Of a DNA stretch of 64,000 nucleotides, positions 13,184-24,810 are shown in pieces. The position numbers and the translations under genes were made by a program. The notes under the pieces are model-generated. The model saw only the letters and a list, made by a program, of their open reading frames with translations, had not been told where the DNA came from and made no database searches. Numbering within the stretch: position 1 is the stretch's first letter; every line of letters begins with the position of its first letter. Origin of the DNA: Podarcis muralis (lineage: Eukaryota); assembly GCF_964188315.1 (NCBI RefSeq), contig NC_135667.1, positions 25,172,001 to 25,236,000 on the forward strand, written 5' to 3'.

Positions 13184-13671
13184 AATAGACTGATGTCAAT
13201 AAATCCTTGGATTTATCTTGTAGTAGTGCTGTTTAATTGAATGTGGGGGCTTGGAACACTATAGCTAGGGCTTAAGATTTCAGTTTTTGTTTCAAAGCCT
13301 GTGGGGTGTTCCAAATATTCAGTTTAATATTATGCCAAAATCTTTCCTCCCCACCCTTCCCCCCAAAAGAGAAAGATGGTGACATTTTTCTGTTTCATAT
13401 ACAGGGCACCTGAAAATTTGTTCATAATTTCAGCTTGAGGCTTTACCTCATGGTGGGTACTCCTGCACTTTGCAAGGATGAAGGGAGCAGACCAGTGGTA
13501 AAATGCTCTGTAGAGTGTACATAGAACTCAAAATTCAAATACCCTCTTCAACTGTTTCAAAAGTAAAGTAAGCACATCAGAAACCATCCATATCTCGATA
13601 TTTGTATTTCACTGAATTTTTCTCTGCCCTTTAAAAAAATGTCAAATACTTTTTTTCTAATTGATGGGGAT

Positions 13672-13672
13672 T

Positions 13673-13716
<44 letters not shown>

Positions 13717-13717
13717 T
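13672..13717. repeat. (TTTC)n microsatellite
   Basis: Direct reading. Other microsatellites: (AT)n 26189-26229, (GT)n ~27296-27338, ~40111-40152 and ~44392-44432, (CAA)n ~55687-55726, (TTAC)n ~56370-56402. Confidence 0.95.
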
Positions 13718-14659
13718 TGCACAGCACTATTTCATATCTTTCCAAAAATATAATAATGGAAAATCTCCAACACTTTTCTCTGACTTATGATACTGTTATT
13801 ATTGGCTTAAATATTGTAGCATACCAGGGCTTATCATTACATACTTGATCCCCCCCCCCCAGTTCACATTACTTTCTAAAAGTGTCTGCTTTAAATAGAC
13901 GTAATCTGTCTTTGGGTTTTTTGGCACCAACCGAACAACATCTTTCTGGAAGCCTTTTAAGTCAAGATGTCTGTTGGGATTTATTATTTTTTAAAAAAAC
14001 ATTTTTGTTTTGTTTAGTTTTATTGCTTGTTGTTTCCTGCTCTGAACTCCTTCAAGAGGAATCGCAAGATAGAAAGCTAAATAATTTTATTAATCATCAT
14101 TATCCAGATATATGTAGTGATAATGTTTTAAGAAAGAACAAATCAGATGAATTCTGTGTGTAACCTTTCAAACCTGGAATTCTTATTCCTTGCCTACATT
14201 TCTATTCCTGCTTGACTAACCTAAGTCCCACTGATTTTAATAGGCTTCCCCCAAGCAGGACCAAATTTGGATCCAGCTGTGTAATTTTAAATTGATGTGC
14301 AAGTGGTATACTTGGAAACAGTTGTATTTCATCAAAAATGACACATACTGGAAGTATGGAGATAGAATTGCTAATGACTTATATTTCATGTATTTTCTCC
14401 AAAGATTTAATCCTTTCAGGAAAAATAAAAGGTTAATACAGATACTGTGGCAACATCTTCCAATTAAACATTTGAAAACATGCCGTTGTTTATTACTCAT
14501 TTGATAAGACAGGGGGAGCAAAAAGCAATTTATTCATAAATAGTTGGAATTTGTTTGTGACATTCTGGCACGGTTGTCAGATCAATTCAGCTACACAATC
14601 CCCCCCCCCCCCCCCCCCGACTTCATTTTGATGCATCATATTATGGAATAGAACATTGT

Positions 14660-15060
14660 TGGCATCCATCTGTCTTGAGAGACTATGGAGTGTGCCTTAG
14701 GGGGTGAAGTCAAACTGCTGCATTAGTGGCACCAAAGTAACCTCCTTGGGGTGCAAGCCAGGGCAGTGTGTATGGAGGTCCTGGGCTGCCCAGATGACAT
14801 GACTCCATGCCATTGACCTCACTGATGTGGTCCAAAGTAAAGCAGAGCAAAACATTTGGCACCAGCCTGGCTGCAGGAGTTGCCAGAAGGAGGCATGCAA
14901 GGTACCATCCAATCGCCTTAGGGACTCCAGTCTGGCTTTGTGTAGGGTTTACTCCTTAATATTTTATTCTCCTAAAGAAATCCCACAAGTTAATGGCTTA
15001 GGATAAGAGTTTTCCTTCTCCTATAAGGACTACCATCCCAGGTTGATGAGCCCCATCTGC
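14660..15060 (+). mobile_element. Probable 5' region of an RTE-clade LINE (degenerate)
   Basis: Resembles a recurrent squamate repeat (ggaggtcctgggctgcccagatgac...ttctcct...ctacc.tcccaggttgatgagcccc) recalled from memory; the family assignment is tentative. Confidence 0.4.
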
Positions 15061-16114
15061 TTCATCCACAAATATGCTTTTGTTTTCCTCTGTTTAATCT
15101 GTGGTGAATACATTTGTAAGCTCTGTAAGACTCTTAACCTGAAGTTGGGTGGGAATCTCACATGGCAAAATGGCCCCAAACTCTTCAAAGTTTCTAAGTG
15201 TCCTCACAGTACCTTTGTCAACTTTGTTTTCAGTGAAAAATGTCCAAATAATGTGAATCATTAAACTTATACCAGTGGGAATAGTTTCTTATTTTGTTTT
15301 TCCTACACTCCCCTTGGTTCTCCACCACCAGACACTTATACACATGCCGCCACACTGGGGAGGCCCAACTAGCATGCTTGTAAATATATAAAAGCAAACA
15401 CTGAAAGATAATAGGACAGTTTGCAATCTTTGACTTACTGCCATGAACTGCAACACAAAGAAAATATTCATTAAGAACGTCACCTCACCATCTGGGAATC
15501 CAAGATTTAAACACAGTTTAAAGGATTCTAATTGGTAAGCCTTGCAGGTAACTCAGTCTTATGTAAATGCATCTCAATGCAAATATGATGTTTAATGCCA
15601 AGGTGATACTAAACATACTTCAGACCGTCTTTTCTAAAGATAAATTGAACCTAAGAAGAGCCATGTCAAATCAGAGTACAGCACCATTGTAGTCTAGTAT
15701 CCAGTTCTCACAGTGACCAGCCAGATACCAAAAGGCATACCCAAAGCAGAAGCTGAGTGCAACAGCAATCTCCGAACTTGTGATCCCCATCAACTGGCAT
15801 TCAACGGCACACATTGCCTCTGACAACAGAGGCAGAAAGATAGTCATTATAGTCATGGATAGCTTTAACCTTCATGAATTGTTCAGTTGTACAGAACTGG
15901 CATGGATATATCCCCCTACTCAGATTTGCTGTTCATAAAAAATGAGAGCTGGCGCATTTTGGCTCTCCTGGTGGTGTCTTAATCTCCTATTTGTTTGCAG
16001 CAAGGCATTTAGTTTTGGAGCAACTGCTTTGTAGGATTCCATGACAATCAGTATCAAGCAATGGTCAGAGATAGTTTAAAATATTCATGTTTGCTTCATT
16101 ATTCCCTGAAGTGT

Positions 16115-16345
16115 NNNNNNNNNNNNNNNNNNNNNNNNNNNNNNNNNNNNNNNNNNNNNNNNNNNNNNNNNNNNNNNNNNNNNNNNNNNNNNNNNNNNNN
16201 NNNNNNNNNNNNNNNNNNNNNNNNNNNNNNNNNNNNNNNNNNNNNNNNNNNNNNNNNNNNNNNNNNNNNNNNNNNNNNNNNNNNNNNNNNNNNNNNNNNN
16301 NNNNNNNNNNNNNNNNNNNNNNNNNNNNNNNNNNNNNNNNNNNNN
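16115..16345. other. Assembly gap (N)
   Basis: Run of Ns, paralogous in position to 11524. Confidence 1.
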
Positions 16346-16939
16346 ATATAACAACCCTCCACCCTTTTACTGTGTTTTATAGTACATTGTACACTACTAT
16401 GATACTCTCTGTTAAGTGGTCTATAAATCTGATTGTATCTCCAAGCTTGCTGAGCATTTAAAAAGGAAAGAAAAAACAAGTCTGATTTGATCAGAACTAA
16501 GCTTGCACCATCAAGCCTGTTCAGTAGTGTTGCCTGTCTTGGGAACATCCTCCCATCAGAAGTCAAGAAAATAAACAACTATGTGACTTTTAGAAGACAC
16601 ATATGGATTTTTTAAATGTTTGATTGTTTATTATGCTTTCAATATTTTGTTGGCAGCTGCCCAGAGTGTCTGCAGCAACCCAGTCACATGGGTGACATGT
16701 TAATCATCATTATCTCTAACTAAGAGAGTGATATGTTATAGAGGATTTAATGTTGTGCCCAATTTGGAAATACTCAGAGAGGAGCCTTAAGTTATGTATG
16801 GCTGATGTAAATACATTGGAACAAGCATGAGTTTTAAATGTTTCTTCCTTTGTTCATTGAATTACCCCAGCTCCCCAAAAACCTAATAAATTATTTTTTC
16901 TCTGTCTCTAGATAAAAATCATTTTACGAAGCTAATAAA

Positions 16940-17875
16940 ATGGATGTCAGTAATGAAACTGCTCCATCTGAATTCATCCTTCTGACATTTTCAAACAGTT
17001 ATGAATGGTGTTTCCTCCTTTCTGGATTTCTCCTCATCACATATCTCTTCATACTGATGGGGAATATTCTCATCATCACTCTTGTCTCCATAGAACCAAG
17101 CCTTCAAACTCCCATGTACTTCTTCCTCTGTAACCTATCCCTCCTGGACATCTGCCAGACTACAACCACTATTCCACAGATAATTGTGCACCTGATTTCA
17201 GGAAGAAATGCCATCTCATATGAAAGATGCAAGGTCCAACTCTTTTTCTTCATCTTATTCATTGGTACTGAGACCCTTCTGTTGGCTGCCATGGCTTATG
17301 ATCGTTACGTTGCCATCTGCAATCCTCTCCGCTATAATGTGGTCATGAATTACAGACTCTGTGCCCAACTGGTGTCAGCTTCCTGGTTCACAAGTTCACT
17401 CAACACCACCATTCATACCCTTATCACATTCCGCCTGCCCCTTTGTGGTATGAATAAGATCAACTACTTCTACTGTGACATCCCTCCTCTTGTAGCTATC
17501 TCCTGTGGGGACATCTCAAGCAGTATTATTGCCATGCTGGCTACTAGTCCTGTAATGGGCTTTGGACCAGGTATGTGTGTCCTCCTTTCCTATAGTCACA
17601 TCATCTTGAGAGTTCTGAAAATGCGTTCTTCAGATGGGATGAGGAAAGCCTTTTCAACTTGTGCTTCTCATCTCACTGTTGTCTTGCTTTTTTATGGCAG
17701 CTGTCTTTTTACATATGTCAGGCCCTTCTCCAGCTACTCATTGAACAAGGATAGAATGATTGCCCTCTTTAATAACATTCTCTCCCCATTGTTGAACCCA
17801 CTGATTTACACCCTCAGGAACAAAGATGTGAAGGGGGCATTACAGAAGAGAGTGATGAAGAAAATGTTGTCCTGA
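16940..17875 (+). CDS. Olfactory receptor OR4, 311 aa, intact
   Basis: Full OR motif set; tandem duplicate of OR3, 4692 bp downstream. Confidence 0.97.
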   Translation: MDVSNETAPSEFILLTFSNSYEWCFLLSGFLLITYLFILMGNILIITLVSIEPSLQTPMYFFLCNLSLLDICQTTTTIPQIIVHLISGRNAISYERCKVQLFFFILFIGTETLLLAAMAYDRYVAICNPLRYNVVMNYRLCAQLVSASWFTSSLNTTIHTLITFRLPLCGMNKINYFYCDIPPLVAISCGDISSSIIAMLATSPVMGFGPGMCVLLSYSHIILRVLKMRSSDGMRKAFSTCASHLTVVLLFYGSCLFTYVRPFSSYSLNKDRMIALFNNILSPLLNPLIYTLRNKDVKGALQKRVMKKMLS

Positions 17876-20328
17876 AATAGACTAATGTCAATAAATCCTT
17901 GGATTTATCTTGTAGTAGTGCTGGGAAATTGAATGTGGGGGCTTGGAACACTATAGCTAGGGCTTAAGATTTCAGTTTTTGTTTCAAAGCCTGTGGGGTG
18001 TTCCAAATATTCAGTTTAGTAGTATGCCAGAATCTTTCCTCCAATTTATTGAACACCCCCCCCCCAGCACTATTTCATATCATTCCTAAATATTGTAATG
18101 GAAAATCTGCTTAGTTGGAAGATGCTATCTGTATTAACCTTTTATTTTTCCTGAAAGGATTAAATCTTTGTTGAAAATACATGAAATATAAGCCATCAAC
18201 AATTCTATTTCTATACCTCCAGTATGTGTCATTTTTAATGAAATACAACTGTTTCCAAATATAGCACTTGAGAGCTGGATCCAAATTTGGTCATGCTTGG
18301 GGAAAGCCTATTGAAATCAGTTAGGGTAGTCAAGTACGAATAGAAATGTAGGCAAAGAATAAAAATTCCAGGTTTGAAAGGACTACCTTCCCAGGTTGAT
18401 GAGCCCCATCTGCTACACACACCCACACACATGCACACACACACTACGTTGGTTAACCGCTTTTGTTTTGCTCTGCTTAATCTGTAATGTAATTATCATT
18501 GCATATTGTCTTTTTCTTTTCTGTTATCATAACCAATAAAATAATGCATTTCCATCATGACACTTGTTGGCATCTGTTTCAAGAAACAATAGAGTGTACC
18601 TCCACAGTGAAGTGGAGCATTAGTAGCACCAAAGTGACTATTTAGGTTGTTAATATTGTGCATATGGAAACAGGGAGCTGCCTGTACTCGGAGTTTTAAT
18701 TTGTCAGATACAATCATGAGCTTACATTATTGGTATGGTATTGATATTGTCTTTTTAAAAAGCAGTTATTAAGTGGTTACATAAATAGACACTGATTTCA
18801 TTAAAAATATGTTCTTTTTGAGAAACCTCTGGTCTTTCAGATGTTGCTTGAGTATAGATCCCATTGCACCTAACCATTAGCCATGTTGCCTGGGGCTGGA
18901 GGGAGTTGGAGTCCACATTACATCTGAGGACCATAGTTTCCTGCCCTTGTGTTATGCTTCAACTATATAAGATGTTAACTGCAATTTTTAAATGCCATTT
19001 TTAGCATCACTTGATATCTTTCAGAAACTAGTGTTGTCTGTGGTCCACTTGTGAAAAGCATAAAGCCTGCACACCAGACCCCTAGTCTTGATCTGGATGG
19101 TGGGCCTGCACATTTCTTTACTTTTTAAAGAAAGTAGTTGGTGTTTTGCTTCAGGAAACAAGATTCACAGTAATTTATTGCAACTTGCATTACTACAGGC
19201 TGAGATCAACCAGGGTATGAAAAAGAGATGAAGCTGGGTAGCATGGAGACCCAAACTGACATCAAATACCTCGTATTTTCACATGAGCATTTGGTTTTTT
19301 GTGCTACTATGCGGGGAAATGTGAGAACTGAAACACAATTAACCTTGATAATGCATACTTCTCAAAATTTTGTAACATGGCTCCTCTGCCAAATAAAGCA
19401 TGCATTTACTGGGTTGTGGTGTTGGTGCCTAAAATTCATAAAAAAGTGTATATTTGGGAACATTTACAATAAAATACTGAGGAATAGTCATGAGGATTAA
19501 AAGAAGAAGACTTTAATATAATGTGGAAATCTGAATAATTGAATTGAAATGGGGGGCATGGGAGAAACTGAGAGAAACCAACACTGACAGATTCACCCAT
19601 CACTACTTAGAGTTTGGACAAGAAATGAACTGTTTATCTTTAAAATGGTCAGGCAAATATCACTTTTTAAAAGAAGGTGTTAACCTGCTATAGGAACTAA
19701 CCCTAACCTTCATGGCACAGGACCTCCAGAGATGCATAGATATCAACCCCATGCCACTCTAAGGTTTATGAAATTAATTCAGGTGAAAAGAATGATTAGT
19801 GGGGTGACAGCAGTTTGAGTCAGAGCATCATGGAGCTTTCGCATCTGAAGACTAACAAGATCTCAGGGTGCTTGCTGTCTCCCTGGAGATCTGATGCAGG
19901 AGTCGTGAGCTTGGCTATCAGAATCTTTAAGTCATATTGCTACCTGTGCTTAGCCTGTGTGCTCATGGGATCAAGTGTTGAAAAGCACCCTAGAGGCCAT
20001 GCAGTCCAACTCCCCTCACCCCAAAGCTTACATTATTATATACGTACAGTTAATAATGAAAGAGTAAGTGGAATCTGTTTAGTAATACTAATAATTTGTA
20101 ATCAAGAATTAGGAAGGACCCTGTAGGCCATCCACCCAGACTCCTGACAGGTTGCAACATTAATATATAGTTTTTTTAAAAAAAGAATTAAGTCGAAACT
20201 ACAATGCAAGAGTAAAACTAAAATACTTCTTCCTTCATGTAAGTTTCTCCAAAACACAAACACCTCAACAAATATATTTTCCCTCTCTGTCCATAGATTA
20301 AAAAAAAACATTTTGTGAAGCTAATAAA

Positions 20329-20375
20329 ATGAAAGCAGTAATGAAACTGCTCTATCCAAATTCATCCTTCTGGCA
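20329..20375 (+). pseudogene. OR 5' stub of the OR1-4 subfamily, frameshifted and truncated
   Basis: atgaaagcagtaatgaaactgctctatccaaattcatccttctggca resembles the OR3 start atggatgtcagtaatgaaactgctccatctgaattcatccttctgaca with a 1-nt loss; the upstream acceptor and intron are homologous to those of OR2; unrelated sequence follows. Confidence 0.8.
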
Positions 20376-20596
20376 CCCATTGCAGTGACCTCTACCTGCA
20401 GGGGGGGAAAGGCCTAGTGTAAGATGGGTAAAAAAACTGCACAGGACAACATTATGGGATTTAAAAATTGGCCACAACTTCGTTCATTCCAGATGTAGGT
20501 AGGCTTTGGCTGAAGCATTGGGCGTATATCCATTCTCAACCCCATGTTTGGGGCAAGGGGCTGAGACTTGAGCAGGGTCAAACTTGGAGTGGAAGG

Positions 20597-23263
20597 GTCG
20601 GCCAATTGGTGCCAAAGAAGGACAGAACTTTCTTTTTGTATGCCACAACAGCAGCAAGAATACTTATTGCAAAGTACAGTGGTGCCTCACAAGATGAAAT
20701 TAATTCGTTCCGCGAGTTTTTTCGTCTAGCGAATTTTTCGTCTTGCGAATCACGAATTCCCATAGGAAAATCAATTAATGCGTTCCTATGGTAAAAAAAA
20801 GTCCAAACAAAGCCAAATTTGGTACAACAAGAGTTTATTAAGTGCTCTTTAAAGTCACACATACTGTAAAAAGCATTTCAAAAATTGAAGGAACAATAAT
20901 TTAAGTTTCTAAACATGACAGAAAAACATTTAAAAATCAACAAAGGGTACAGTTCATTTTCTAAGACTCTGGGGGACAACTCGAAGAAGGTTCCTCTTCC
21001 ACTCTTTGCTTCTTGCTGAAGAACCTGTCCATGGTCTGCTGCTTCATCTGCCTTTTCAGACCTCCCTGAAAGGCGACATGACCCTCGTATCAAAAGTGTT
21101 CACAAGGTCATGTGCCACGTGTTTCTCAGGGTGGTGCCGCTGTGCAAAAGCCTGCACATTCTTCCAGTTCAGGCAAATGTCCCTCAGTTCTTTGGAGGAC
21201 AGCCGTTCCTCAGTTGCTTCCTCCTCTTCCAGCGAGGCCTGCTCCTGCGCAGCCTCTGCCTGCAGTTCGACCAGCTCCTGGGTGGTCAGCTCATGGTTGT
21301 GCTCCTCCACCAGCTCGCTGATGTCCTCCTCTGTGACCTCCAGGCCCATGGTCCTCCCCAAGGCAACAATGTCCTGCACCACTGTTGACTCTGGTGCATC
21401 AGAGTCACTTGGTGCCACACAGTCCGGCCACAGGCTGCGCCAAGCGCAATTCAAATTTCTCTGGCTTATCCCGTTCCAGGCCGTGGTGATCATCTTCAAG
21501 CAGGTGACGATGTCGAAGTGGTCCTTCCAGAATTCCCGCAGGGTGATGGTGGTGCAATCAGTCACCTCGAAGCATCGCCTGAAAAGCTCCTTGGTGTAAA
21601 GTTTTTTGAAATTGGCGATGAGCTGCTGATCCATCGGCTGGAGCAGTGGCGTAGTGTTAGGCAGCAGGAACATGATGCTGATGAAGCTGAACTCCTCCAG
21701 CAAGTCCTCCTCAAGGCCTTTAGGATGAGCAGGAGCATTGTCCATCAGAAGCAAAGCCTTTAGCGGCAGGTCGTTGTCCAGCAGGTACTGTTTGACAGCA
21801 GGGCCAAAAGCATGAATGACCCAGTCCAAAAACAGCACACGTGTGACCCAAGCCTTACTGTTGGATCGCCACATGACACTCAGCCGCTCCTTGTTGACCT
21901 TGTGTTTCTTGAAGGCCCGTGGGTTCTCTGAGTGGTACACCAGCAGGGGCTTGATCTTCAGGTCGCTGCTTGTGTTGGCACAGAAGAGCAGGGTCAGACG
22001 GTCCTTCATGGGCTTGTGGCCAGGCAACTTGGCCTCCTCCTGTGTGATGAAAGTCCTTTTGGGCATCCTCTTCCAAAACAGCCCGGTCTCGTCGCAGTTG
22101 AAGACCTGCTGTGGAACGTAGCCCTCCGTCTTCACAACCTCCAGGAACTCCGCTGCAAAGTCTTCAGCCGCAGAAACATCAGAACTGGCAGCCTCTCCAT
22201 GCCAGAAAAAAAACACACAAGCTTCCAGATTCTTGCAAACCCCTCCCCAACTGTTCCCCCAGCCACCCACCACACAGAAATTCAAATCCAGAATTTGTTT
22301 TAAAAAAACAGCAGAGTGGCCCAATGGTCACAGAAAATCATAAAAATGCAGAAAAAAACACACAAGCTTCCACATTCTTGCAAACCCCTCCCCAACACCA
22401 ATTCCTTGAATTCCAAACACCCCAACCCAAAATCCAAAACCCCCCAAAAAAGTTTTAAAAGCTTAACTTACCAAATGGCTGCAAAAGAAGTTTTGGAAAA
22501 GCTTCAAAAATCACCAAAGTCTTTAAAAACCTCAAAAAAGGCTACTATGTACACTGCGTTCTATGAGTTGCTCCTCGAAGTCAAGTCACAACTGCATTAA
22601 TGGTGTTAAGAAAAAGGAAACAAACTTGCAAGACGTTTTCGTTTTGCGAAGCAAGCCCATAGGGAAATTCGTCTTGCGAAGCAGCTCATAAAATGGAAAA
22701 CCCTTTCGTCTAGCGAGTTTTCCATCTTGCGAGGCGTTCGTCTTGCGGGGCACCACTGTATTGGAAGACACAAGATCTACCCACCCGGGAAGAATGGCAG
22801 ATGAAGGTGATGGACTATATGGAACTGGTGGAAATGACTGGCAGAATCCGAGACCAGGGAGAAGAGTCGGTGGAAGAAGATTGGAAAAAGTTTAAAGTCT
22901 ACTTACAGAAATACTGTAAAATTAATGAATGTTAGAATGATGTTGGATAAGAAGTTAAGTGGTTTTTAGCTATAATGCTATAAAGGAATATGAAAAAATG
23001 GATTATTAACAGGTAAAAACTTAATGTTATAATACTTTAAGATTAAAGACTAGGACAAACAAAGAGGGAAAGGATTTGCTGAACTAACAAATTGAACTGC
23101 AATACAAAAAAGGGAGGTGTGAGGAGGTCCGGGAAACAAGCAAATGAAAGATAAGTAATGGAGAGATAGAATTGTTTTTAACTATTTTTATTTTGTATTT
23201 TTCTTTTTTCTTTTTCATTTTGTAATATTTTGAAAATCTTAATAAATATCTTTTTTAAAAAAA
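20597..23263 (+). mobile_element. 5'-truncated L1-clade LINE 3' end with a nested Tigger
   Basis: 18-bp TSD caaacttggagtggaagg (20579-20596 and 23264-23281); the empty site is present in unit B (~39876); rejoined coding reads ATTAARILIAKYWKTQDLPTREEW...EDWKKFKVYLQKY; A-rich tail. Confidence 0.9.
20677..22758 (-). mobile_element. pogo/Tigger DNA transposon, internally deleted (DDE domain retained)
   Basis: TA TSD; TIR cagtggtgcctcacaagatgaa / ttcgtcttgcggggcaccactg; minus-strand ORF with VFNCDETGLFWK, LLLMDNAPAHP, PLLQPMDQ (Tigger1/TIGD1-like). No CENP-B HTH domain is visible. Confidence 0.95.
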
Positions 23264-23450
23264 CAAACTTGGAGTGGAAGGACCACCTCAAGGAATCCCT
23301 GCCTCCCTAGACATGAGTGTTACATTTGTGGAGCCTCCCAGTCCTTTGTCAATTGCCCCAGAGGCTTGTCCTTCAAGGTATTCCCATATTTTGATTGAGG
23401 TCAGCATTGTTCTTGATTTATGAAAAGACAGCTACTCTTGCTAACACAGA

Positions 23451-23702
23451 GAAGAAGAAGAAGAGTTTGGATTTGATATCCCGCCTTTCACTCGCTTTAA
23501 GTAGTCTCAAAGCGGCTAACATTCTCCTTTCCCTTCCTCCCCCACAACAAACACTCTGTGAGGTGAGTGGGGCTGAGAGACTTCAAAGAAGTGTGACTGA
23601 CCCAAGGTCACCCAGCAGCTGCATGTGGAGGAGCGGAGACGCGAACCTGGTTCCCCAGATTACGAGACTACCACTCTTAACCACTGCACCACACTGGCTC
23701 TC
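23451..23702 (-). mobile_element. Squam2 SINE (unit A only)
   Basis: Reverse complement of the 807 element; absent at the paralogous site ~40060. Confidence 0.9.
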
Positions 23703-23989
23703 AAGGAGGTTCTCTCAAGGAAATGTACTGTTTCTTTTCTCTTTGTAAATGCATTTTTGTGTGCGTGTGTGTTTATAATCTTATAGAGGAACATACAATG
23801 AACATAAACATCAAGTATTCCTTACAAAGTAATGCAACATTAGGTACAATTGTGGCTATAGAATTCAAGATTTATTTATTTTTTGAAACATACATGACCT
23901 TTCTGTATGATTTAGTTAAGATGCAATTAACTAGCTAAAGCTCTTTGAAAAACCTCTGGCAGTCTTGCCTTGGTGGAAAAGCACTTGGG

Positions 23990-24100
23990 GTAGAAATCCC
24001 CAAAGGCATTATTGCATATATATGAAAGGAAACCGTGAAATCCACAAGCAACCGACACTGAATTCTACCAACAGGGAGAAGGCTCATCTCACAGGTAAGG
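23990..24100 (+). promoter_or_regulatory. Candidate OR5 promoter and 5' exon (paralogue 40370-40475)
   Basis: O/E-like tccccaaagg, TATA-like catatatatgaa, strong donor CAG|GTAAGG at 24095; tandem acceptor aAGcAG just before the ATG at 24811. Confidence 0.45.
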
Positions 24101-24810
24101 AAATGAATGTGTTATGGATGGGAGAACAAAATTTAGTGGGACACATCATTAGTTTGTATTGAAGAAATGCAATCAAAATGAATAAAGGTATGGCACCAGT
24201 TGTGATATAGTCAAATATAGAATGACTCTACTGACCTCTAACATACTATGAATTTTCATCTGCATGTAAGTGAATGAGAACTCATTCGGAACCAACAACA
24301 ATATTGGAGAAAATGTGCATAGAAATGTGTATATTAATGAAAACAGCTTTTGCAAACACATTGTATTAGGGAATGTTGCTTCAGAAATGTATATAGGAGA
24401 ATTATGCAGGTAAACAATTCCGAATTTTCATGTGGATTTTTTCCCCCCCTTAATGCAAGCAGATGCAAAGTTGTGGTGAACTGAACTCAAGCCTGGGGAA
24501 AAAGAGGAAGTGAGAAAGTGGATAGGGAGAAGTTTGTCTCTCTCTGTCACCTAATAGAAGAACTGTGTGGAGACATGCGATGAAACTGAAAGCTACAAGG
24601 TGTAGAACAGATAAATGCTAGTACTGCTTCAAAGGCAAACCACGGAATCCATTGTCACAAGAGACAGTGAATGTCAGCTACTTAAATGTAGAATCTTATC
24701 ATTATAGAGTGGGAAGGGACCCTTGAATGATTTTAAAAGGGTTTTAGACAAAGACTATCAGTTTCTCCTAGCCTCAACAGCTATGTTCTCCTTCCACTGT
24801 TTGAAGCAGT

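Larger units (their letters stand above)
10499..18484 (+). repeat. Tandem duplication of OR3/OR4 units (10499-15101 and 15119-18484)
   Basis: Both units start gctctgtaaga.tcttaacctg; promoter, gap position, CDS and 3' flank are colinear. Confidence 0.9.

Noticed and set aside
19697-19708. (CTAACC)2 telomere-like dimer at the duplication breakpoint
   Set aside because: Only two units and present in the original flank; too short to distinguish from chance.
22204-22324. N-terminal MGHSAVF... of the 422-aa Tigger ORF
   Set aside because: Read-through into non-coding filler; transposase homology begins at HGEAASSD.
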